DNA of 64,000 bases from contig OZ024747.1 of NCBI GenBank assembly GCA_964016885.1, positions 75,454,001 through 75,518,000 on the forward strand, written 5' to 3'. Each line of letters begins with the position of its first letter. Position 1 is the stretch's first letter. Shown here piece after piece: positions 29,961-42,745 of the stretch. This stretch comes from Eledone cirrhosa. Its lineage: Eukaryota. The notes under the pieces were generated by a model. That model saw only the letters and a program-made list of their open reading frames with translations. It was not told the origin of the DNA and did not search any database. A program made the position numbers and the translations under genes.

Positions 29961-31445
29961 GGTGCAATATATATGAGGTGTAATACATACATATATAAAC
30001 ACATAGATATACACACACACACACACTTGCTCACGCACACTCATATATATATATATATGAGTGTACGTATATATATATATATATACTTGTACAATATATA
30101 TGTTGTGGTGTGATACACACATACACACACAGACACACATACACATATATATATATATTATTCTACAACATATATGCTACTCACAAAATTTATTATAACA
30201 CATTCAAAACTAGAAGTAAAGAAAACAAACATAAAAAAATGAAAGAGTTAATGAATAAATGACAAAATGAAGCCGAATATATTTATGAACAGTACAGTAT
30301 AGTTAACAGTTTACTGGAGTTTCTTTTTTTGGAAATAACACTAATGAAATATTGCTGATATGGAAATATATATATATATATACAAATGGAAGTTAAGTTT
30401 AGTAAACTCGAAGTTTTGGCTGTAGCCAAGCTAACGATATATAATCAGGAATGTGCAGCAAAGCACTCGATAAAGTTGTGTCAACTTAGAGTAATAACAT
30501 ACGTTAGATAGCTTGACAAATTGAAAATTGCGACAGGTGTTCCAGCCATATAATACCAAAGCAACGAGAAAACTATATATATATGGTTATATACTGTAAC
30601 CATCGCAACGAGAAAACCATATATATATGGTTATATACTGTAACCATCGCTTAAAATCTACATTTTCATATTACAAATACTACCAGGATTGAACGCCTGT
30701 CTCCATCTCCGTTTGATTGTCAAAATACATATTAACATTCTCTATTAGTCTTAATTCTATCAACTCTTCTATTATTTACCATTTAATATAAACTGCTATA
30801 GATAAAATGAGATTTCTTAATTCAATTCCCTAATGCATATACCAGCTGTCTACTAGCATTGATGTTATTCAGTAGAAGTCGAAATCTCCCCTTTCCTCAA
30901 TTGACACTTTATAATTAATACTACTACACCAAATGACCAGCCCTGTCCATTGTTCAATTGGTCAAGTATGGATTAAAATAGGCACTCCCCAAAATTCTTA
31001 TTTAGATAAAATAAACCATTTACTCATTGTATTCTCATTAGAAACCCTTTATATACTTGTTTAGCAGTAAATTGAATTACCATCTGTCATATACTATCCC
31101 CTCTTTTCTTCCTCTATTACCACTAATATAAATACTTCAATTTTTCTGATTTTATCCAATTTATCCAAAATCTCTGAAGAAGTGACAACTGATTATACAT
31201 TTGCTATCGAATACTTGCTAACATTATATGATTACGCAAGCAGCGATACATAGGTATTCCGTCTGTTACAGAAACATATGTCAATACCTAATAAATTCCT
31301 TTTTTTAAAAAAAAGCACTTTCATTTTATATTCATCTTTTCTACATTTTCTCCGGAATATAATTTATACTCGTTGAGCAAACCTACACGTACGCTGTTCA
31401 TCTCTAACGTAACGATATATTATCACTACATTATTGATAACCTGA

Positions 31446-31539
<94 letters not shown>

Positions 31540-31591
31540 TTTCTGAATTTGTTTAGCAAGATTCTTTATCTGAAAACGTGTGTTGAAACCG

Positions 31592-32230
31592 ATATTGTTA
31601 TACTTTGGGAGGGTCATGTTGCCAATAAGAAACACACGCACCAGTTGCTTTCACTCCAATTTATTATAAGTTAAATTAAATTATAAATTTCAGAAATTTA
31701 TAATTTTCGGTTGGTTGGTTCCACAACCAGACGGTTGTTCATATATTGTCAAAGTTCTTTCGTCACACATTCTGTGACCTCATCAGTGGCCGGGGATTCT
31801 TTTCTTTGTTTTGTGCCTCTCCTTTGTTCTGTCCTACGCCATCTTGTTTTTGTTTGTGTTGTGTGCTTAATTTGCGCATGTGTTACATCCGGGTGTCTGT
31901 GTGTGTTTTTATTTGTTTATTTATTTGTTTATTTACATGTTACTAGTAGGTTGTTTGTTCTATGTGTGTGTGTTTTCATTTTGTCCTTAATTGTAAGTTG
32001 TAATGTTGCTATTCCATTCATGTTTTCTATTTAATTTTGGTTGGAGTTCATTTATGTTTATTGCCTCTGTGATTTGTCTAAACATGAACAACCGTCTGGT
32101 TGTGGTACCAACCAACCGAAAGTTATAAATTTCTTAAATTTATAATTTAATTTAACTTATAATAAATTGGAGTGAAAGCTACTGGTGCGTGTGTTTCTTA
32201 TTGGCAACATGACCCTCCCAAAGTATAACA

Positions 32231-32234
<4 letters not shown>
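31592..32234 (-). mobile_element. Penelope-like element 3' end with a 151-bp inverted duplication
   Basis: Minus 32085-31987 encodes MFRQITEAININELQPKLNRKHEW..* (GIY-YIG C-terminal E-A..I...P.LN motif); arms 31592-31742/32084-32234. Confidence 0.8.
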
Positions 32235-32264
<30 letters not shown>

Positions 32265-32510
32265 TTTTGTTCGTTATTAGAAAATTCCAAACGCAGAAAA
32301 TAACTGTATCTCGCTTCTTCGTAGCGGCTTCTAGCCATTTCGTCCCGTTCATGGGAGTATTTTACCCGATTTTCTAAGGTATTATTTATAACAATTGACT
32401 ATGGTTTACAGCTATTTTCTGAGTTTGAATTTCCTACATTTTCTGAACATTTCAAATAACTACCCAATGCTGTGGTAGTTTATATAGAACACACATACAC
32501 ACACATTATA

Positions 32511-32643
<133 letters not shown>

Positions 32644-33372
32644 ATAATAATAATAAATGTGAAGACTAAAATCCAAAGACAGCTCGATAAGGATAATATG
32701 AAATATCTAAGAACTCTAGAGCGAATATTTATTAAAATAACAGATTAAAGTTTAAGCAAAGAATCGCTGCTTTCACCCTTAACGGGATCTTATATATATA
32801 TATATATATATATTCACACACAAACCTTACATACATGAATGTATACAGTCTTGTTGGAACCAACACCCTAATTCTATTTCTTGTTTAGGCCGAGCCAATC
32901 TAAAGCTCCGTATGGAAATGTAGTTAATCATCCCATAGATACATAAGATTTAAAACTATGTTTCTGGCTTATTTGAGTTTTAATATAAGACAGAGAAAGG
33001 GGTGCATCACCTTGACAACAGCTACACAGCCATAAACAGTTGTCGGTTGCTTCTCTCCCTTGTTTCTGCTGGAACTAGGTGGCTGGTGACGGCCACTACC
33101 TTTAAAATTCCTTGCTAAAGGGCTTTCAAATGTTTATTCGTAAACATATCGTATATATTATTCGATATACAAACCTTACATATATGAATATATACAGCTT
33201 TGTTGGAGCGAAAACCGTATTGGATAATGTATTCCTAGATACATATATATTACCTAAATAAAGAACATTACGAGATGGGCATAACTGGAACGATTTTGAT
33301 AATAAATCTACTGGATTAGTACTGACTAGGAGTTCTACTGACGCCGCCACCACCACCACCTCCAGCCGTAGT

Positions 33373-33408
<36 letters not shown>

Positions 33409-34424
33409 TGTTTGGCAATTCAATACGATCCCCCATACATCAGGGTGTTGTCAAAAGCTCGGTAAATTAAATCCCCTCCATTCCGTCCTTCCTTCTCATC
33501 TTTTCCTTTTCCTTCTTTGCTATGTCGGACATGACAGTACTTGCCTACTCTCAAACGTATAATTTCTCAGTAGAAGATTTAAAATATGAAATATGATCGC
33601 ATACTCACTGTACTTTGCCTGATAAAGGTGTGTAGGTGTTTTTATAGGTAGGGGAAGAAAGGTTTAAAAAATATCCCCTATTTCTGATGTGTATTTAACA
33701 GTATTTTAAGGAATCCCTTCCCTTCCATTTTCATATTCTTATCTACTTTTGTTTATGTATTTTGTGCTGATGCAATTCCATTTAACATTTTCTTTATCAA
33801 ACTCTCTCGTCTAACATTTTAATACTTCAGTGTATGGCCAGCCACATTTACCATCTTAAAACAGGAATACTAGTGTCATTAGCCTATTAGAAATATCAAT
33901 ATATTAGAAAGTGACAGAAACCTTCCTTTCGCTATGTACATCAATAATTTTCACTTAATTGAATTTAGTATCATTAAAATTATATTCATATAAATATTTC
34001 AGATAGTAAACATGAAGAAATTAGGAATATATAATGGAAATAATGGAATGTGTGTGTGTGTGATGGGGAGGACTCTAAATCCATATCAAGTTTGTATATC
34101 TCAGCTGCGCCCCGCGGAGAAAATGGCCAAAGTTAGTGACATGAAAGAGATTTATTTGCTATTTTCAGCAGATCGACAAACTGCAAAAGGCTCCGCCATT
34201 ATCTCAGGTCTCTGTAATGTATTGCCGATGCTTTTTTGTTTGTAATCATTAGAGTTGAGGGGTATGATCTACGCTACGAGGAAACCTTAGTAAAATATGT
34301 TAGTACCCAGACTCTGATCCCCTCCCCCCTCAATGGCATAGCAGTCAGAGAATACACATGTAGAGAGAAGATGCATACTCAAATATATCTACGCTTACAT
34401 CACGATCGTTTTCCGGGTTTTCAA

Positions 34425-34640
34425 CTTGACATAGCCGACCCTGTCAAAGTGTTTGGCTGAATCAAAGTTATACACTGTCAACGAATATTCCAGATAACAG
34501 ATTCTTCAGAATTTTGTAGTGTTTTGGTAGGAGATGTATTAGATAACGTGTTCCGGGGCGTAAACCGTATTGGGGGTTGTTATAAAGTTCCTGTTTGTCT
34601 AAATAGTCCATTATCATTCTACTTGTAATTTTTTCCATAT
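34425..34640 (-). mobile_element. CR1/L2-type RT fragment
   Basis: MEKI...QYGLRPG...LL..HY.IL..L..G..VDSV, then a frameshifted D.AKHFDRV. Confidence 0.7.
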
Positions 34641-34953
34641 GTGACTGTGTATACAAATACATACATACATATATATATATATACACACATATGTATATAC
34701 GAAATAAATTTATTACTATTGTATATATATATATATATATATATATTGTTCATAAGTATATGCGTGTATATGTATGATTATATATATATGTATGTGTGTG
34801 TGTTTACGAGTATTTGTGTATATGTGTATATCTACGTATCACTAGAATTTGTAATAAATCAAGAGAGTCCGTTGTTTACAGCTGTATGTGTTAAACATAT
34901 ATTATAATAAATGTTGTGTGAAGTGGGAATCGTTATAGAAGACGTACGATACG

Positions 34954-35002
<49 letters not shown>

Positions 35003-35302
35003 AATTGATATATATAAGAAATATGGTGAACATGTCATTTTCTTTTTGATTTTGTCAAATTTTCATTTTCGTCTTTTTTCGAGGGTGGATGAGGTCTTAA
35101 TATTTCTGGCTGGAATTCTGAGCTGAGCTATTTTATGGCAAGTTGTTTCAATAAACATTAGGTGGATTTATTTATTTCATTTATTCCTTTATAATCCTCG
35201 TCGTTTTTTTGTTGTTGTTACTTTTTAGCCCAAGGCCAATTCTAATCAAGCAGCTGACCTTTCATCGAATGTCGATTTGGACTATTATTCTTCTTATTAC
35301 TA

Positions 35303-35522
35303 GAGCGGTAGATTGGCAGTATCGGTAGAACGTCGGACACTATTTGTGACATAGAGTTACATCACTTTACGTTCTGAGTTCAAATCTCACCGAGGTTAAC
35401 TTTGTCTTTCATCCTTATGTGGTCGATAAAATAAAGCACCAGCAATGAACTGGGTTGATTTAATCGACTTTTGCCTCCCTTAAAATTGTTGGCCTTGTGC
35501 CTAAATCAGAAATCCTTATTAT
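35303..35522 (+). mobile_element. Full-length tRNA-derived SINE (Nin/Deu-like core)
   Basis: TGGCAGTATCGG A-box-like, GAGTTCAAATC B box, CTTTCATCCTTATGTGGTCGATAAA core, (TTA) tail. Confidence 0.85.
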
Positions 35523-36700
35523 AACATTAGTTTATATTCTGTGGATGTTTGGTCGTAGTAGTAGTAGTACCAGCATAAGATTCGTTAGCCTGCGGTGTCT
35601 GAAGAAGCCACATGCAATCTGCTTCTTTATATTTTCCCCTAGAATAGCTCCGTGACAAACCAATTATTCAAAGGTACTTCAGTATTTGAAGGTAGCAGGA
35701 TTCTGTGATACTACTACTGATGATGATGGTTAAAAAGATAGGACTGCGCCATTCGTAAGATACAGACTCATATCTTGTATTATCCAATGAGCCAAGAAAA
35801 CATATCTTTGTAAATCTAGTTCATTGAAGTAAAAGACAAATGACTTCTCATTGTTGACAAGTTCATCATGTAGTGTTGTTTATTTCTTTCCCAGCTGTAT
35901 ACTAATTATAGAAACTAATTAGTAAAACTATCATATAATAATTGTGTAGACATCAAGCAGTTCATTCAAATGAATTCACGTGTTTATATAATTTTCATCT
36001 TCATAAATGTATAATTAGGCGAACGTAGCAAGCTATTTAGTTCACAGCTTGCTACCTTGACTTCAGTTGTCAGTCAAACTTACCACCCAGATAGATAAAT
36101 AGACAGAAATACAGACAGATGAACAGGCAGATAGACATATCAACATAAACAAACCTATAAATCGATTGATCGATAAGGAAACGTACAAAAGCATGTGTCT
36201 AGAAGCTAGTAATGGTCTGCATTGGCAAAAATCACTTCAGTGAAGTCAACAAAATAGAACAAGTTGTATGCAACGTGGAGGAGAATCGTAATCAGACAAA
36301 GCTTTTCACTGAAGAAGGTATGCGAAGAAAAGTGTATTGGAAGGCTGGAAGTAGATTTTTACAATATCAGAAAACTTGGTAAGTGGAAATGATGAGGCGG
36401 AGAAGATGGAGAGAAAGACAGGGTTAATGCTAAAAAAAATATACCTTCTTGCAGTTATATGAATACACACACACAAACATTGTTGTTAGAATCCATATAA
36501 GTTCTGATTAAACACACCTTGCATCAAATACGTTCCGTCCGTGATCATCACGTCTTACTTTTATATTTGTAGCGAAGGTGGCAATATGGCAGAGATGTTA
36601 GAACCTAGAAGTAAAATGCTTACCAATATTTGATCTACCTCAGTTGGTTTTCACTTCATATCCTACAAATGTTAACTTTACAGTTTATCCTTTTATGGTC

Positions 36701-36735
36701 AACTAGCAGTGGTACCCGGCGTTGCACGGGATAAT
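36701..36735 (+). mobile_element. Possible Helitron/Helentron-type terminus
   Basis: ACTAGCAG followed by the short hairpin CCCGGCGTTGCACGGG; other end not identified. Confidence 0.4.
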
Positions 36736-37032
36736 GTATTTTGGAACGCGGGCCGCCAACAGACCTAATCGTGGAAAAACTGCATGCCTGGACAATATGT
36801 AAAGAAAATAAACCAAATACTCTCATGGCTGGATAATCTTTAAGATTTTCCTCGATGAAGCAGGAAAAATGCAGGTTTACACTTAATGCGGGCCCTAGGG
36901 GATCAAGAAAATGATTTTTTTTTGTTTTAATTGGTGGGAATCCACCAATCAAAAGAAGTCATTTTGTCAAACTCTTGAAACTCTGACTTTACCACATAGC
37001 ATGTATTTCATTTTCTTATAGCATTTTAAAAG

Positions 37033-37165
37033 GGTCCGTCGAGCCGCCGATTATTGAGTCGGGTAGGATCGATACAGATCGAACCTTGAGCTGATCAGTG
37101 GCGAAACGCGCGTCACCTATCAATAAATGCAATGAAGGAGTAATCAATCGTCCTTGTTATCCTTT

Positions 37166-37170
<5 letters not shown>
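37033..37170 (+). mobile_element. Penelope-like 3' end with degenerate hammerhead
   Basis: GGT-CCGTCGA-GCCGCCGATTA..TGATCAGTGGC-GAAA-CGCGCG-TC-ACC, then AATAAA and (TA)n. Confidence 0.6.
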
Positions 37171-37227
<57 letters not shown>

Positions 37228-37986
37228 TATTTCGTGTCAATTAATCCGTTATGAGTTTCTCAGATGCAGGTATAGATCAATAAAAACTTGTGTAAGCAGA
37301 GTTGAGTACACTACGTAGTATAACTTCCTAGTTATGATATCACGTAGGTACGTGATGAATTAGAAGGCAGTGGGTTAGAATTTCACCATATTCTTATCAT
37401 TACGTAATCGCAGTTACACATATCAGGAAGCTTTTGAAGACATCGCAAAAAAAAAAAAAAAAAAAGAGTCTTGGATACTTCCTGACTAAGCGATAAAAAG
37501 ATTTACAAAAATCTTACCCTATAATTTCAATGATTAGATAGATTTCGTTGATCGACAATCGCGACCAGCCTCATTAGTTTTTATGGGCAATGTAATTATA
37601 AAAAAATGCATACGCTGCGTATATATATATATATATACTCGTATATATATATATATATATATATAAATTATTAAAAAAATAATGAATAAACAAAGAAACA
37701 GTTCCTTATATTAAACAAAAAAAGTTCATTATTTTACGATCGTTTCTAGGACATATATGTGTTAGAATTGGTATGCATATTCAAAAGATCTATGTACAAA
37801 ATTATACAAACTATCAAAGAGAATATACATACCTTCACATATATATGCTGTCTTCAGAAATACGGATTGGACACTACCGTAAACTTTTGGTAGATTTATC
37901 TACATATATTACGGTTCTTATATATTTGATATATATTTATCCTTATCGAGCCCTCTTTGGATTCTAGTCTTCAAATTTATTATTAT

Positions 37987-38083
<97 letters not shown>

Positions 38084-38087
38084 CATA

Positions 38088-38142
<55 letters not shown>

Positions 38143-38146
38143 ATAC

Positions 38147-38178
<32 letters not shown>

Positions 38179-38210
38179 ATATATACATATATATATATAC
38201 ATATATATAC

Positions 38211-38296
<86 letters not shown>

Positions 38297-38388
38297 TTAT
38301 ATGTAGGAGGTGAGTTTTATTGTAGTACAATAAAGCAATGCAGATATCGGATAAGAAGCACTCTACAGTTTGTAGGACTGGAGTATAC

Positions 38389-38659
38389 ATAATATATAAG
38401 ATCAAAAGATGGTTAAATGAGTTCCATGTATTTTATTATGCGCATTATGTATTTTATTATGCGCATTATGAGTTCCATGTATTTTATTATGTTGATATAA
38501 AACTGCACAATCCACAAGTGTTTTTTAACCTTCATATCATGTCCTCCTATTTTATCTGATGAAAACACAAATGTTATTGCATGATGATATTTGTTTTTGA
38601 AATGCGCATAATAAAATACATGGAACTCATTTAACCATCTTTTGATCTTATATATTATA
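38389..38659. repeat. Inverted repeat (~58-bp arms) with internal slippage duplications
   Basis: ATAATATATAAGATCAAAAGATGGTTAAATGAGTTCCATGTATTTTATTATGCGCATT mirrored at 38601-38659. Confidence 0.85.
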
Positions 38660-39236
38660 TACACTTATATATACTTATATACACGCGGTTCGCTTTGATG
38701 ATAAATCTCACATAAAAAAAGACGAGATATGATGATAGCGAAGTTGAAACGTCTATGAATTATCTAAAGTAATATGGCAGATATCTCTGGCAAAGTGTGA
38801 TGCGACTGGTCGGTTTTCTTTGGTGTATAGGAATTAAACTGTAACTATTGAAACAACAACAACACCAACAAGAACAACAAGAACAACAATAACACACACA
38901 AAATGAACAACAACAACAATAGCAAAATATCAAACGAGAAATTTTTGAATATTCTTCAAAATGTTTAACAGTCGCTGTGCAACAGACACTGCTGCCAAAT
39001 AATAAATATATAAACGGAAATTTATTAAGGAATCGTTTAAACTTATATTGCCGTTTAAATATACTTGCCAAGATAATATACGCAATGATGTTTCAATGAT
39101 ATGCAACTTACGATTTAAAATGGTTCCTATTCTATTTCTAACTTTCAATGTTAGTTTAACATCGCGCGCATTCACACACATACACACCCGTATACCACCC
39201 CATATATATATATGTATATATACACACAAATACACA

Positions 39237-39270
<34 letters not shown>

Positions 39271-39329
39271 CTGTAACACACACATATATATATATATTTA
39301 CACCCATTCACCTGTATTCTACCCCACCC

Positions 39330-39365
<36 letters not shown>

Positions 39366-39401
39366 CGATACATATATATATATAAAAACGATATATATAT
39401 A

Positions 39402-39455
<54 letters not shown>

Positions 39456-39475
39456 CGATACATATATATATAAAT

Positions 39476-39507
<32 letters not shown>

Positions 39508-40226
39508 CGACACCCATCTATATATGGGTGTCGTATTTCTAACATCCAATGTTAGTTCGTACTCATGCGCATGTATGTATCTGTTTGTGTGTGTGAATAT
39601 TGTATGCATATCTACGTTTGTGTGTGTTTACACTCCAAGTTTGTTTATGTATCTGTACAAATATAAGTGTAATCAATACTGAGTTGTGCTAGAAGGAAGT
39701 ACTGTTGAGACTAGAAATATGTTTTTATGTGAGGCAACAACTGGAAATCTGAGGCCTGCGTTTCATAGAGCTCGCCACCTACTGAAACAAACTGTCTCTG
39801 TCAGTACATGTATAATAATAGCCGATACCCCCCCCCACACACACACATACACATGCACATACACATGTACAACAATTATTTATTACTTAGGGGTGGGTGA
39901 TTCTTCTCTGAAGCCCTTCTGTTGTCCAGCTCTCTTGAAAGTTTCATATCACTACACAACAGAATGGTTGGTAGCTGTGCACACGAGGGAGTCTCTATAC
40001 GACCGCCTGAGATGTTAGAAAGAAATACTGACCAAATATCTCTCTAAAATAAACCCTATAGTATGGGGAAGGGGAGGTATTTATTGAACAATGCCACACG
40101 CCACAGTGGATAAGCAACTTTCTTCTGTAATGACCCACAGTTTTTGGTTCTTGGCTCAAATATATATACCCAGAGCTTCCGTTACAGTTCTGGGACTGGA
40201 CAGGCTTAACTATATATACTGTACAT

Positions 40227-40641
40227 GCCCTGATTAACTTTTTCAAATTTCATTTGAAAAGGAAAATCAGGGTAGAGAGGGAAGTGTTCTCTTCCCAGCA
40301 TTTTGTTGAAAGATGGGTGAGAGAAGCAAGTATGGCCCGAATGAATGGGCCTTCTCTGAGTATGTGTCTGTAAATTAAAGGTGGAAAACTGGGAGAGGGC
40401 ACTTGCCCTGGTGGTCAGGGCCACTGTGGTCTTTTAATGGGCTTTCTCCACAAAGGTCCCTTGGAAGTCTCCCCCCTATTGGGGAATTTTTTCTTTGTTA
40501 TTTTATTTCAACCTCTGTTTTTTTACACGCAGAAATGCCCATTTGTACCGTCCTGTATTGTCCTGTACTGTCCTTAATGTCTACTTTATGTGAACCCTTG
40601 TGATTAATAAAGAAAACATTATTATTATTATTATTATTATT
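40227..40641 (+). mobile_element. 5'-truncated older Tx1-clade element (ORF2 C-terminus + 3' UTR + (ATT)8)
   Basis: ALINFFKFHLKRKIRVEREVFSSQHFVERWVREASMARMNGPSLSMCL* is homologous to the end of ORF2 42746-46165; AATAAA then (ATT)8. Confidence 0.85.
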
Positions 40642-40853
40642 GACGAAAGTGGATGTACGTTTTTTGAAGCTCCGTGAGTAAGCAATTTTTTGAGGATTAA
40701 TTGTGGAGAATTGTTTATTTTTTTGTACCGCTGAAGCATTATAAGACATTCATTTGTACCCTGTGAAGGAATAACTCATAATATTTGGGCCTTTTGGCCC
40801 AAATATTTGAACTTTATTTTGGGAAAAATAATAATTTTTTTTCTCAAAAAAAC

Positions 40854-42716
40854 ATGGCGGAGCCACGCCCCCTAGAGGCGGGTCTGCTGTCGTGCAACGG
40901 CGACTTGAGCGTTGAGAGGAGAGGTGGGGCGAGGAGCGCCACCAGCACGAGTGTGAGCAGCGACAGTGCCAGCACCAACGGGCCGAGCGGCGCGGAAGGT
41001 GGTAATAGCGAGAGCACCAACAAAACGAACAGCACAGAGAGTAATAGTAGCGACAGCAACAGCACCAACAAGGCCAACAGCACAGAAGGTAACCACGACA
41101 CAGGGGAGAACAACAACAGCAATAGCAGCAGCAACACCAACAAGAACAACAACAGTGACAACACCAACAAGAACACTTTCGCTGCTGTGGCAGCGGCTAA
41201 AAGGAGACCATGCTACAGCATCGACTTAACCAACAGAGAGGAAAAGTTGGCCCAGGCCTGGAAAATCATAAATCAAGAGCAGACCTGGGCAAACTTAACT
41301 GTCCCGGCAGAAGCCATTGAGGCAGTGGAAAAAAGAACGGTGCATTTCAGATGCATCTCAGTAGAGACAAAGAGGGCAGCGATAATCGCCCAAGCTGACA
41401 TAGAAGCCGCACTGAAACACATCAGAGAGGACACAGACTTCATAGAGAGGGGCAGGCAATACGGCACCGTTTCGGTGCTGTTCAAGTCTGAAGCCCTCGC
41501 TGTGAAGCATTCAATGACCCCTTGCAAAACCAGCAAGGTCATAATGTACCCCTCCCACATGGGAAAACGAATAGCACGTGTGCGCATTCCCAGGATTCCA
41601 CCAGGACTTGATATGTGGTGGCTCCTGGGTTGCGTAATCGTGGAAGGAACGGATACAGTCCCGGTAGAGGCAACGAGAACTGCCAGGGACGACTGGTCCG
41701 GTGTTGATCTGGAGATACTGCTCCAAATCAGACCCGAAAACGTAAAAACAATCCCGGACCACATCCGCCTCCAAAACGGGAGGGTGTTGCATATAATGAC
41801 TGAGGGCAAAAGGCCGCATTGTTTCCTTTGTGGGGAAACGACACACTTGCGAGCCTTCTGCCCTCAACTGCCGAAAAGCGCAAGGGGTCGAAAGATTCCA
41901 CTGCTGGCGACGCCGGGACAAGGACCACCAGCAACACCGTCAACAATGGAACCACCAAAATTGCACACCCAGGGGGGAAACGAGGAAAGCTCTCCCATTC
42001 CCCCTCCCCCCCAAAATACACACACGAACAAGAACATAAACACTCACTCAGACACAAACACGCTCACAGCCACAGACCCCTCATCCTCCAGCAGTGAAGA
42101 TGAGGGAAAACCAAAGTCCCCCAAAATACAAAAAACAAAACACAAAAAAAAAAGAAATCCACAAAGCACAAACACCCCCACAAAAAAAAATACACACACC
42201 ACCCACACAAACATTTTCCCCACAGCATCACCAACACAACCACCAAAATCCCCCAAACGCAAACAAGCTAAACAGACACAAGAACAAATAGACACACAAA
42301 CATCAGAAACTACAGACACCCCACCCACAACAAACGCAGACACAATAGAAACAACACTAACAAAGCTATCACCACCACAATCACACGAACAAATAAAACC
42401 CGAGCAACAAAACATTAAAAACTTCGTGCTTGCCAGAAGGGCCAACAAGGAATTGATGGCCCATGTAGCACGAAGCACAAACATCGAAAAAGACGGGGAA
42501 ACATTTGAAGCGAGCACATTTCGCGTACCAGATAATTTGCTTCTGATGCGAATGTCGCTCGCTTCATACAAAGAAATTCGAAAGAGCTTTCCTCGGGATG
42601 TGGGAACCCCGAACGTAAAACCCACGTCAAGACTATTAAAGGGGTTCCCAAAAGAAACCCCACAAACCATGGAGGTCGAACCACCCGACCTTCACAAGAC
42701 CCCGGAAGGTAAGTAA
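40854..42716 (+). CDS. ORF1 gag-like nucleic-acid-binding protein (620 aa)
   Basis: ATG in AACATGG context, matching the copy 2 start; zinc knuckle CFLCGETTHLRAFC; N/S/T-rich low-complexity regions. Confidence 0.88.
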   Translation: MAEPRPLEAGLLSCNGDLSVERRGGARSATSTSVSSDSASTNGPSGAEGGNSESTNKTNSTESNSSDSNSTNKANSTEGNHDTGENNNSNSSSNTNKNNNSDNTNKNTFAAVAAAKRRPCYSIDLTNREEKLAQAWKIINQEQTWANLTVPAEAIEAVEKRTVHFRCISVETKRAAIIAQADIEAALKHIREDTDFIERGRQYGTVSVLFKSEALAVKHSMTPCKTSKVIMYPSHMGKRIARVRIPRIPPGLDMWWLLGCVIVEGTDTVPVEATRTARDDWSGVDLEILLQIRPENVKTIPDHIRLQNGRVLHIMTEGKRPHCFLCGETTHLRAFCPQLPKSARGRKIPLLATPGQGPPATPSTMEPPKLHTQGGNEESSPIPPPPQNTHTNKNINTHSDTNTLTATDPSSSSSEDEGKPKSPKIQKTKHKKKRNPQSTNTPTKKNTHTTHTNIFPTASPTQPPKSPKRKQAKQTQEQIDTQTSETTDTPPTTNADTIETTLTKLSPPQSHEQIKPEQQNIKNFVLARRANKELMAHVARSTNIEKDGETFEASTFRVPDNLLLMRMSLASYKEIRKSFPRDVGTPNVKPTSRLLKGFPKETPQTMEVEPPDLHKTPEGK

Positions 42717-42745
42717 ACCTTTCCTCTCCCATTCATCCTGCCAGC

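Noticed and set aside
40785-40853. N-terminal extension of ORF1 in the track (643 aa)
   Set aside because: Starts at TTG; the equivalent frame is closed in copy 2; true start is the ATG at 40854
42709-42744. 36-nt GT-AG mini-intron fusing ORF1 to ORF2
   Set aside because: Very short, and removal is out of frame with ORF2 (gives ...A-W-P-stop)
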